Positions 27,004 to 35,805 of a stretch of DNA of 64,000 nucleotides are shown here, in pieces; position 1 is the stretch's first letter; each line of letters opens with the position of its first letter. Below the pieces are notes generated by a model that was given only the letters and a program-made list of their open reading frames with translations, searched no databases and was not told the DNA's origin. Position numbers and translations under genes: made by a program. The DNA is taken from positions 5,859 through 69,858 of the forward strand of contig CALEJU010000036.1 in NCBI GenBank assembly GCA_937898755.1, in the 5' to 3' direction. Source of the stretch: an uncultured Acidobacteriota bacterium (lineage in GTDB: Bacteria > Acidobacteriota > Terriglobia > Terriglobales > SCQP01).

Positions 27004-28200
27004 GTGTCCCGCCTCATCAGCTTCACTTCGTACACCGCGTCACCTCGAGCGGCGCGCAGGCGTGATGTGATTCAGGTGTGCGTCTTGCTGGGAAGCTTGG
27101 TGCTGGCGGCCTGCACGTCTCCCGCGCCCCACGTGGCGGTGGGGGTCCACAGTTCAATTTATGTCGCCGGAGACCCGGACGAAGTGCGCGTCTTCGACGC
27201 GCTCACGTTCCAACTGCAAGCCCGATTGCGAGTGGGAGCTCATCCTTTCGCCCTGCGGTTCAATCCGGCCCGCAACGAGCTCTACTGCCTGAGTGACGGT
27301 GGGCGACAGTTGACGGTCATCGCGGTGGATGGTCCGAGCGTGAGCGCTGCGATCCGGCTGCCGGGCCGGCCCACCGCCATGGCGCTCAGCACGTCCGGCG
27401 CCCACCTCTATATTGCGACGAGTGACCCTGGCGCGTCCGGAGACTCGCACGGCGAGTTGCTCGACTTCGATCTGCCGGCACGTCGCATCGTGCATCGCTT
27501 GCCCGTGGGGCGGAATCCCGACAGTGTGGCGGTTTCGGCCACGGGCGATCAGGTAGCGGTCAGCAATCGCAACGACGACACCATCACCCTGGTGGACGCC
27601 CTTCACTGGGAGTTGCAGGCCACGGTGGGCGTAGCCCACGGTCCGGCACAAGTCGTTCTTCTCCCTTATGGCCACAAGCTGTTTGTCCTCTGCCCGGCGG
27701 CCAACCAAGTCGCGGTGATTGACACGCTGCAGCACGTGTTATTGACCTACCTGCCGGTTGGGCCGAATCCGGCGCATCTCGCCCTCAAGCCGGATGGCGG
27801 TGAGATCTACGTGAGCAACTCCGGTGCCGGTTCACTCAGCATCATTGACACCGCGGCGAACGAGGTTTCGGGCACGCTGCTCACCGGCAAAACGCCGGGT
27901 GGCATGACCGTCAATCAAGCCGCAGATGGCGCCACCACGGTCTATGTGGCCAACCAAGGGTCCAACACCGTCAGCGTATTGCGCATGGACGATCGCAAGC
28001 CCGTGGGCCTCATTCCGGTAGGAACCGGACCGGACCGTCTTGTCCTCGGCCCTTTGGGACGAACGCTGTTCGTCGAGGATGCCGTCTCCGGAGACATCGC
28101 CGTGGTGGTCACCGATTTTAACTCTCTCTTGACCATGCTCCCCACGCCTCCCGCTCCGCGCGCGTTGCAACTGGTGACGTTTCAGTCGTCTACGCCGTAA
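27004..28200 (+). CDS. lipoprotein with YVTN-family beta-propeller repeats (YncE-like)
   Basis: Lipobox-like LVLAAC. Repeats of about 40 aa follow the pattern P..(A/L)..S..G..LYV.N.....(V/L)..ID (for example PAHLALKPDGGEIYVSNSGAGSLSIID). GTG start. Confidence 0.7.
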   Translation: MSRLISFTSYTASPRAARRRDVIQVCVLLGSLVLAACTSPAPHVAVGVHSSIYVAGDPDEVRVFDALTFQLQARLRVGAHPFALRFNPARNELYCLSDGGRQLTVIAVDGPSVSAAIRLPGRPTAMALSTSGAHLYIATSDPGASGDSHGELLDFDLPARRIVHRLPVGRNPDSVAVSATGDQVAVSNRNDDTITLVDALHWELQATVGVAHGPAQVVLLPYGHKLFVLCPAANQVAVIDTLQHVLLTYLPVGPNPAHLALKPDGGEIYVSNSGAGSLSIIDTAANEVSGTLLTGKTPGGMTVNQAADGATTVYVANQGSNTVSVLRMDDRKPVGLIPVGTGPDRLVLGPLGRTLFVEDAVSGDIAVVVTDFNSLLTMLPTPPAPRALQLVTFQSSTP

Positions 28201-28255
28201 GCGCGGGACCGCGGGATAAACGAAGATCTCCCGGTTGCGGAAGATCGCACCCCTT

Positions 28256-30397
28256 TTAAATGGAGGTCAAGGTCTCATGGCTGAGCAGTGCCAGCTCCAG
28301 ACTTCCTTCGCTCGGCAATGCCTCGCAAGGGGTGTTGTCAATCCACAGTGTCGCACGCACTTGCAGCGCCAGCGCGTTATCGCGCGCGCCCAGCAGATCG
28401 CGAGACAGCCGCACCTCGAGGATCTTGTTCAGCGCGTAAGCGGCCGGATCCGCTTGGCGATGCGTTCCAGCCTGCAAGGGGATGCGCAGCATCTGTGGAA
28501 CCGGTGCACCAATCTCGAAGAGCACCTCGCCGGCGGGCACCACCCCACCCACGAAATCCAGACGCAGGTAGAGGCACTCCGCATCGAAGCCGGCGTACAT
28601 TGCCGCCAGGCAACAATGCTTGCCGTGCATCGCCGAAGTACGATGATCGGCATGATAGACCGCGGCGCCGAGCCACTCGAAATAGCTGCTCACGTAACCG
28701 TCCAGACGGGGATGGATCCAGCCCGAAGCCGGCTCCAACAGGGCTCGTTCACTGACCTGTCGTTTGAGCAGGGGTGCTGCCAGACTGCTCGGTGGCGTCA
28801 GACCCAGGTGGAAATAAACCTGCGTCAAATGGGCACGGAACAACGCATCGAATTCCACCTGGTTCTCAGAGTGATGCTCCGGTCCGTACCACCAGTTCCA
28901 ATCACTTCCCTCCGCGGCAAGCAGGGACTCAAAGGATACCGCGAGGCGCGCCGCGTCGACCGTGCCGTCCCGTCGTGCGCGCTCCCAGGCCACGCGCGCC
29001 TGGCCGAGCAGGTCCCAGGCCCGATTATCTTCCTCGGCGCCCAGCCAGACATCGAAGTTCGCGTTGATCCAAGAGCCGGGAATGAGATGGCCGAGACGCA
29101 CCACCTCCGGTTGTGCACAGGCCTCACTGAAGGTGCAGGTCTCGACGTCGGCACAATGCGTGAGACGGTCATATAACGCTCGCAGAAATCCCCGACCGCT
29201 CTGCGGGTAGTATTCCCAGGCATTCTCGCCGTCCAAAATGACCGAGATCAGCGCATCGCGGCCGCCACACGTCAGCGGTGCGGTAGCGCGGCGGATGCGG
29301 CTGAGGAAGTCGTCGGCCGCCGCTTCGGCATCCATTTGTGCGTAGACGAAGCCGATCAGATCCGAAAGTTGGTGATCACGGAAGTAGAGGTGCACGGGAC
29401 GGCTGGCCTCCGTGAACATGCAGGGTCCGTACAAACGGTCGCCGTTCTCAACCGCTCCGTCGCGCTGCCGGCTGAAATTGCACCCCAAGGAACGTCCCAG
29501 CACGCCTTCGTCGGTGGCTAACCAGCGAAAGCCCAGATCTGCGGCCAACCGCACGACTTCGTCCGAAACGCTCCCCTCGGAAGGCCAGAGTCCGTCCGGC
29601 GGCTTTCCAAAAACGCGGGTATGCAATTCGCGTGCCCGTTCTACTTGGGTGCGCGCGTCTTCGGGCCAGTGAAACCGTTCTCGGGGCATCGGAACAAAGG
29701 GGTGCGATTCCCCGGCTACCATGCTGTCGCAGAGCAGCGGCAGGATGGGGTGGTAAAACGGTGATGTGGAGAGCTCGACTTGGCCGCTCTCCTGCGCGCG
29801 GCGATATTCCGGAACAATGCGCGCGAGCAGCCCAGCCTGGGCTGCGCACACCCTCGCCTGGTCCTCCAGGCTGAAATCACGGCCCTTCAAAACCAGCGTG
29901 CGAGCCGGCTCCTCCGCAAGAAAATACTCATCGAACCAGGCCAATTGGCTCAGCACCTGCAGATCTCGCAATTCGCCCTCGCTGAAGTGACGGTATGCAC
30001 GCTGGTCGTTATAGCCGTGGTTGCGGAACTTCTCCAACAACTCGCGGTAACGCGGATAACGCCCGATCAAGTGGGTGTGGTTCGCCTGGAAGAAATAGCG
30101 CAACAGGAAGCGTCGCCCGGCATCGTCAAGGTCAGCCGCGGGCGTGCGCGCCGCCTCGAAAAATGGGTCCAAGGCAGTGCCGGAGGCATATTCGTCCAAC
30201 TGGGCAATCAGCGACGGTACCAGGTTGAAGGTCAGCCGTAGGCGGGGAAATTCCTGCACCAGCTTCACCATGCCGTAGTAGTCCTTCAGGCCATGCATGC
30301 GCACCCACGGCAGTCGGTATTCGCCTGCCCGTGGATCACGGTAGAGCGGTTGATGCATGTGCCAAAGGAGGGCGACGCGAATCATCCCATCCATCAT
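28256..30397 (-). CDS. glycoside hydrolase family 57 (alpha-glucan-active enzyme)
   Basis: The N-terminus MIRVALLWHMHQPLYRDP is typical of GH57. It also has EVELSTSPFYHPILPLL and WPSEGSVS. The start is uncertain: ATGs lie at 30397, 30394 and 30385, and the track start is 30469. Confidence 0.85.
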   Translation of the reverse strand: MMDGMIRVALLWHMHQPLYRDPRAGEYRLPWVRMHGLKDYYGMVKLVQEFPRLRLTFNLVPSLIAQLDEYASGTALDPFFEAARTPAADLDDAGRRFLLRYFFQANHTHLIGRYPRYRELLEKFRNHGYNDQRAYRHFSEGELRDLQVLSQLAWFDEYFLAEEPARTLVLKGRDFSLEDQARVCAAQAGLLARIVPEYRRAQESGQVELSTSPFYHPILPLLCDSMVAGESHPFVPMPRERFHWPEDARTQVERARELHTRVFGKPPDGLWPSEGSVSDEVVRLAADLGFRWLATDEGVLGRSLGCNFSRQRDGAVENGDRLYGPCMFTEASRPVHLYFRDHQLSDLIGFVYAQMDAEAAADDFLSRIRRATAPLTCGGRDALISVILDGENAWEYYPQSGRGFLRALYDRLTHCADVETCTFSEACAQPEVVRLGHLIPGSWINANFDVWLGAEEDNRAWDLLGQARVAWERARRDGTVDAARLAVSFESLLAAEGSDWNWWYGPEHHSENQVEFDALFRAHLTQVYFHLGLTPPSSLAAPLLKRQVSERALLEPASGWIHPRLDGYVSSYFEWLGAAVYHADHRTSAMHGKHCCLAAMYAGFDAECLYLRLDFVGGVVPAGEVLFEIGAPVPQMLRIPLQAGTHRQADPAAYALNKILEVRLSRDLLGARDNALALQVRATLWIDNTPCEALPSEGSLELALLSHETLTSI

Positions 30398-30553
30398 ACC
30401 GGCGCCGTCGGCCTGCGTTCCACGCAACGCCCGTCCCGCATCGCACCACCCACGGTGACGTGGTCCCAATGAGCCCGTTTGTGCGTTGGCTGTCGGGCGG
30501 AGCCGGAGACGGCCGGGCCCAGGTGTCCCTCTTGCTTGCTACCATCAGGAACG

Positions 30554-32821
30554 GTGAAGACGATCACCCGCTACCTGCTGCGTGAAGTGCTGTCGCATGC
30601 TCTGCTGGGCCTGCTGCTGTTCAGCTTCGTCATTTTCATGCGCGACGTGGGGCGACTGCTGGAAGTCGTGGTACGGAGCGGCTCCAGCTCATTGCTCGTC
30701 GCTCTGCTGTACGCATTACCCAGCACGTTGATCTTCACCATTCCGATGGCGGTTCTGATCGGCATCCTGGTTGGATTGAACCGGCTGGCGGCCGACAACG
30801 AGATTGTCGCGCTGCGCGCCGCGGGAGCGGGCTTGCCGCTGTTCCTGCGTCCACTGCTCGCCTTCACCGGCGTGGCCCTCGGGTTGGCGCTGCTTACCAC
30901 GCTGGTGCTGGCGCCCGCCGGGGCGCGACGGCTGCAGGAGCTGGAGAATGGCTTGCGCGGCTCGCAAGCGAGTTTTGAAGTGCAACCGCGGGTCTTCCTT
31001 GAGAGCATTCCGAACCTGGTCGTCTACGTGGATGACATCGTGCATGGGGGGCGCGGCTGGCGGCACGTCTTCGTCGCCGACATGAAGAACCCGGCGGCGC
31101 CACGCATCACCATGGCGCGTGCCGGCTCGGTGCTGAACAATAGCCCCAACAGCGTGCAACTGCATCTCGACCAGGGCATCACGTACGAAGACTCGCCCAC
31201 CCGTCCCGACACCTTGTTGGTCAGTTCGTTCGACCAGACGGATCTGCCGCTGGAACTCCCGGTAGCGCGTCCCAGCCTTCCCTCGCTTCCAGCGGCCGGA
31301 TTGCGGCAGCTCTGGCAACGGATGCACTCCCCTTCCGAGGCCCTTCCGGCGCGCATCGAGTTCCACCGCCGTCTGGCGCTCGCCTTCGCATGCCTTGCCC
31401 TGGCGCTGACGGGCATCCCTATCGGCCTCACCGTGCGACGCGGGGGGAAAGCCAACGGTTTTGTCCTCACACTGGGCCTGGTGCTGATTTATTACATCGT
31501 TTTTGTCACCGGAATTGCGCTGGCACGACAAGGCCGCGTGCCGGCCGGACTGGGCGTCTGGGCCGCCGACCTGCTGTTCATCGGCCTCGGGCTGGGCATG
31601 ACGCTCCGCGCGAATCGCGTCCCCCGACGCTTGGAATCGGCCATGGATCCGGTGGCGCGCCTCCGCGCCGCACTCGCCGCCTGGTGGCAGCGAGCCGGCG
31701 CAACGCAGCGCAGCGTGCAACGCAACTGGCTGCCTCTGATTCTTGACGGTTATGTTGTCCGCGAGTTCGTCGGCTACGTGGGCTTGATGCTCTCCGGCTT
31801 CCTTGTGCTTGTGCTGGTCTTCACGTTTTTCGACCTGCTCGGCGACATTATCAAGCATCAAGCCGGCGTTCTGCTCGTCACCCGCTACTTGGCCTTCCTG
31901 ACGCCGGAACTGTTTTACGTCACTGCGCCGGTGGCGATTCTTGTCGGTGTGCTGGTGACGTTCGGCCTGATGTCAAAGAGCAACGAGATCACGGCGCTGA
32001 AGGCCGGGGGGGTGAGCGTCCACCGTCTGATCGTGCCGGTCCTGGTGGTTGCGGGGCTACTGTGCGGCCTGCAGTTTGTCCTGAATGAAACCGTGTTGCC
32101 GGGCTTCAATCGCAAGCAGGATGCCTTGCGCGCCCAGATCAAGGGGCGCCCACCGCAAACCTACCTGCGCCCGGAACGCAAATGGATCTTCGGCCAGAAC
32201 CACGACCTTTTCTACTTCCAGATTTTTGATCCCGACCGCAACGAGTTTGCCAACCTGAGCGTGCTGCGGTTTGATCCGGCCACATTTCAGTTAACTGAAC
32301 GCATTTATGCCCGTGTTGCCCACTGGGACAAGCACATCAACGGCTGGGTCTTTGAAAATGGCTGGGTGCGCACCCTCAAGGGCGACCAAGTAAGCAGCTT
32401 CGAGCGCTTTCAGGTCGCGGGCTTTCCCGCTGTTCAGGAAACGCCCGCCTACTTCACCACGGAGGCGCGCGAGAGCACCCAGATGAGTTACTTCGAACTG
32501 CGCCAATACGTGCGTGACCTGCAGCGCAGTGGCTACGATACGGGGCGTTTGAGCGTCCAACTGCAGAAGAAGCTCGCCTACCCGCTGATCACGTTCATCA
32601 TGGCGCTGCTCGGCTTTCCCTTCGCCTTGACGGTGGGCCGGCGGGGTGCGGTAAGCGGAATCGCCATCGCGATTGGGGTCGGTATCGTCTACTGGGTGAG
32701 TGCCGGCCTGCTCGAGGCGCTGGGCAACCTCAACCAACTTCCGGCTGGGGTCGCCGCGTGGGCGCCCGATTGCCTGTTCGCCCTCGCTGCCGCCTATCTG
32801 TTGTTGCGGGTCCCGACCTGA
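30554..32821 (+). CDS. fused LptF-LptG lipopolysaccharide export permease (two YjgP/YjgQ modules in one ORF)
   Basis: The first module starts KTITRYLLREVLSHALLGLLLF and ends ...LLFIGLGLGMTLRANR. After a ~35-aa linker the second starts LPLILDGYVVREFVGYVGLML and ends ...LFALAAAYLLLRV. No stop or frameshift occurs between them. Start set to the GTG at 30554, preceded by AGGAA; the track start is a TTG at 30479. Confidence 0.8.
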   Translation: MKTITRYLLREVLSHALLGLLLFSFVIFMRDVGRLLEVVVRSGSSSLLVALLYALPSTLIFTIPMAVLIGILVGLNRLAADNEIVALRAAGAGLPLFLRPLLAFTGVALGLALLTTLVLAPAGARRLQELENGLRGSQASFEVQPRVFLESIPNLVVYVDDIVHGGRGWRHVFVADMKNPAAPRITMARAGSVLNNSPNSVQLHLDQGITYEDSPTRPDTLLVSSFDQTDLPLELPVARPSLPSLPAAGLRQLWQRMHSPSEALPARIEFHRRLALAFACLALALTGIPIGLTVRRGGKANGFVLTLGLVLIYYIVFVTGIALARQGRVPAGLGVWAADLLFIGLGLGMTLRANRVPRRLESAMDPVARLRAALAAWWQRAGATQRSVQRNWLPLILDGYVVREFVGYVGLMLSGFLVLVLVFTFFDLLGDIIKHQAGVLLVTRYLAFLTPELFYVTAPVAILVGVLVTFGLMSKSNEITALKAGGVSVHRLIVPVLVVAGLLCGLQFVLNETVLPGFNRKQDALRAQIKGRPPQTYLRPERKWIFGQNHDLFYFQIFDPDRNEFANLSVLRFDPATFQLTERIYARVAHWDKHINGWVFENGWVRTLKGDQVSSFERFQVAGFPAVQETPAYFTTEARESTQMSYFELRQYVRDLQRSGYDTGRLSVQLQKKLAYPLITFIMALLGFPFALTVGRRGAVSGIAIAIGVGIVYWVSAGLLEALGNLNQLPAGVAAWAPDCLFALAAAYLLLRVPT

Positions 32822-32869
32822 GTGACCCGGCCACGGTGCGCTGAATAGAGCCGCCTGACGCCCATCAAA

Positions 32870-32907
32870 GAAGCGTGGAGCAGTCCGACCGGCCCGCTCC
32901 ACGCTTC
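32870..32907. terminator. hairpin between convergent lptFG and ppdK (12-bp perfect stem GAAGCGTGGAGC/GCTCCACGCTTC, 14-nt loop)
   Basis: Read directly: 32870..32881 pairs with 32896..32907. On the ppdK-sense strand it is followed by UUUGAUGGG. It lies 49 nt after the lptFG stop and 3 nt after the ppdK stop. Confidence 0.45.
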
Positions 32908-32910
32908 ACA

Positions 32911-35649
32911 CTACTTCGTGCGTCCCGCTTCGATTCCCGCCACCGCGGCGGCCCCGGCTTGTGCGGCCGCCAGACGCGCCGTAATGACCCGGTACGGCGA
33001 GCAGGAGACATAGTTCAACCCGATCTTGGCGCAAAATTCGACCGAGGCCGGATCGCCACCGTGTTCGCCGCAGATGCCCACCTTAAGCGTGGGCCGCGTT
33101 TTGCGCCCGGCTTCCGTCGCCAACCGGACCAGCTGCCCAACCCCGGCTTGATCGAGCGTCGCAAAGGGGTCCTGTTTCAAGATGCCTTGCGACAAGTAGA
33201 CCGGGAGAATCTTGCCGATGTCATCGCGCGAGAAGCCGTAGGTGGTCTGCGTAAGGTCATTGGTGCCGAAGCTGAAGAACTGCGCAGCCTCGGCGATCTC
33301 GCCGGCGACCAGGGCCGCGCGTGGCAGCTCGATCATCGTGCCCACCAGGTATTCCACCGTGACACCGCTCGCCTTGAACACTTCCCCGGCGACACGCGTC
33401 ACGATCTCCTTCTGCAGAACCAGTTCGCGCGGCGTGGCGACCAGTGGAATCATCACCTCGGGAAGCACTTTCTTGCCCTTCTTCTGCACTGCCACCGCAG
33501 CCTCGAAGATGGCGCGTGCCTGCATCTCGGTGATTTCCGGGTAAAGGATGCCCAGACGGCAGCCCCGCAATCCCAGCATGGGGTTCACCTCATGCAGGTC
33601 CTGCACCTTGCGCAGCAGCGTCTCCAGGCCCTTGGCATCCGTGATGCCGTAGTCAGCGTAGCGCTGCCGGATCTCCGCGCCCAGCTTGCGTTTGACTGGT
33701 CCGGTGGCCAGCTTCAGGCGTTCCAAGTCGACCATGATCTGTTCGCGTTGCGGCAAAAACTCATGCAGCGGTGGATCCAGCGTGCGAATGGTCACGGGGA
33801 AACCCGCCATCGCCTCGAAGATCCCGATGAAATCCCGGCGTTGTAGCGGCAGCAACTTTTTCAGCGCCGCCCGACGCGCCTTTTCGTCCGCCGCCAGGAT
33901 CATGGCGCGCATGTGCTCGATCTTGCCCTCGCCGAAAAACATGTGTTCGGTGCGGCACAGTCCGATTCCCTCGGCGCCGAAGGCGCGCGCGGCCCGTGCA
34001 TCGCGCGGGATATCGGCGTTGGCGCGCACTCCCAGCTTCCGGAACGGTTCGGCCCACTTCATGAACTCGACCAGCATGGGATCGTTGGGGTCGGCCGGAA
34101 CTGTTGGCTGGCGGCCCTCGTAAATCTGGCCGGTGGAGCCGTCAATGGAGATCCAAGCACCTTCCGCGAAGCTCTGTTTACCGACACGCAGCGTCTTGGA
34201 GTGTTGGTCCACCTCGATGCCGGTGGCACCGGCGACGCAGCACTTTCCCATGCCGCGTGTGACCACCGCGGCGTGGCTGGTCATGCCACCCCGCGAGGTG
34301 AGGATGCCGGCCGCCACTTCCATGCCTTGGATGTCTTCCGGCGTCGTCTCCGCTCGCACCAGGATCACCGGGCCTTTGCCGGCGCGGTGCCACTCCACTG
34401 CCGCCTCGGCCGTAAACACGACTTGGCCTACCGCGGCCCCCGGCGAAGCGGGCAGCCCCTTGGCGATCGGCGTGGCCTTGCTGATTTGCTTGGGATCGAA
34501 TCGCGGGAACAGCAGTTCGTAGATCTGGTTGGCGTCCACCCGGAACAGTGCTTCGGTTTGTGTGATTAATCCCTCACGCACCATGTCCATGGCAATCTTC
34601 AGCGCTGCCCGCCCGGTCCGTTTGCCGTTGCGGGTCTGCAGCATGTACAGCTTGCCTTCTTGAATGGTGAACTCAAAATCCTGGATGTCGCGGTAATGCT
34701 GTTCGAGGCGGCTGGTGATGGCACGCAACTGGTCGTACACCGCCGGTTGGATCTTCTGCAATTCCGCGATATGGACTGGCGTGCGGATGCCCGCCACCAC
34801 GTCCTCGCCCTGCGCGTTCATGAGGAACTCGCCGTAGAACTCGCGCGCGCCGGTCGCTGGGTTGCGCGTGAACCCCACCCCGGTGCCGCTCGTCTCGCCA
34901 AGGTTGCCGAAGACCATGGCCTGCACGTTGACCGCCGTGCCGAGGTCGTCAGGAATGTTGTTCATGCGCCGGTAGTGGTAAGCGCGCTCGTTGAACCAGG
35001 AGGAGAAGACGGCGTTGCGGGCGAGCTGCAGTTGCTCGTAGGCGTTCTGGGGGAAGTCGCGGCCGGCGTGCTTCTTGATCACACGCTTGTAGCCGACGAT
35101 CACGTCCTGCAGGTCGCGCGCGGTCAGTTCTGTATCGAGCTTCACCTTGCGCTGTTTCTTTTTGCCGTCGAAAACCTCGTCGAACAGGTGCTTGGGAACT
35201 TCAAGCACCACGGCTCCGAACATCTGAATCAATCGCCGGTAGGAGTCGTAGGCGAAGCGGGGGTTGCTGGTGCGGAAGGACAGCGCCTCGACGGTGGCAT
35301 CGTTGAGACCGAGGTTGAGAATGGTGTCCATCATCCCCGGCATCGAGAACTTCGCCCCGCTGCGTACGCTGACCAGCAGCGGATTGTCGTCGTCTCCCAG
35401 CTTCTGGACGACGCTCTTCTCGAGCTTGTTCAGGCCTTCTCTGGTCTGGCGCTCAACGTCGTCGGCCACCTTGCGGCCCAGACGGATGTACTCCCGGCAG
35501 GCTTCGGTCGAGATGGTGAAGCCCGGAGGAACCGGCAGTCCGGCATTGGTCATCTCGGCCAGACCGGCGCCCTTGCCGCCCAGCACCTCTTTCATGCTGC
35601 CGTTGCCTTCCGCCTTGCCGTCGCCAAAAAAGTACACGTATTTCGCCAT
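32911..35649 (-). CDS. ppdK: pyruvate, phosphate dikinase
   Basis: Starts MAKYVYFFGDGKAEGNGSMKEVLGGKGAGLAEM. It has SRGGMTSHAAVVTRGMGKCCV (phospho-His motif) and FFSFGTNDLTQ; 912 aa. Confidence 0.95.
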   Translation of the reverse strand: MAKYVYFFGDGKAEGNGSMKEVLGGKGAGLAEMTNAGLPVPPGFTISTEACREYIRLGRKVADDVERQTREGLNKLEKSVVQKLGDDDNPLLVSVRSGAKFSMPGMMDTILNLGLNDATVEALSFRTSNPRFAYDSYRRLIQMFGAVVLEVPKHLFDEVFDGKKKQRKVKLDTELTARDLQDVIVGYKRVIKKHAGRDFPQNAYEQLQLARNAVFSSWFNERAYHYRRMNNIPDDLGTAVNVQAMVFGNLGETSGTGVGFTRNPATGAREFYGEFLMNAQGEDVVAGIRTPVHIAELQKIQPAVYDQLRAITSRLEQHYRDIQDFEFTIQEGKLYMLQTRNGKRTGRAALKIAMDMVREGLITQTEALFRVDANQIYELLFPRFDPKQISKATPIAKGLPASPGAAVGQVVFTAEAAVEWHRAGKGPVILVRAETTPEDIQGMEVAAGILTSRGGMTSHAAVVTRGMGKCCVAGATGIEVDQHSKTLRVGKQSFAEGAWISIDGSTGQIYEGRQPTVPADPNDPMLVEFMKWAEPFRKLGVRANADIPRDARAARAFGAEGIGLCRTEHMFFGEGKIEHMRAMILAADEKARRAALKKLLPLQRRDFIGIFEAMAGFPVTIRTLDPPLHEFLPQREQIMVDLERLKLATGPVKRKLGAEIRQRYADYGITDAKGLETLLRKVQDLHEVNPMLGLRGCRLGILYPEITEMQARAIFEAAVAVQKKGKKVLPEVMIPLVATPRELVLQKEIVTRVAGEVFKASGVTVEYLVGTMIELPRAALVAGEIAEAAQFFSFGTNDLTQTTYGFSRDDIGKILPVYLSQGILKQDPFATLDQAGVGQLVRLATEAGRKTRPTLKVGICGEHGGDPASVEFCAKIGLNYVSCSPYRVITARLAAAQAGAAAVAGIEAGRTK

Positions 35650-35805
35650 CAGCGCATGCTCCCAATCACTTCAGAGTGGATTTAATCGAATCGCCAGTGC
35701 ACAAAAAAACAGTGCAATTTGAAAGATTACAGGACAGGGGGCACAGGCGGAAAGCAGAAAAGACGCGCCCCACACCAGAATGTGCCAACCCAAGCCCGGC
35801 CCGGG

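Noticed and set aside
32875-35685. Two long plus-strand ORFs (32875..33846 and 34660..35685)
   Set aside because: Both are antisense to ppdK, whose identity is unambiguous. Shadow ORFs.
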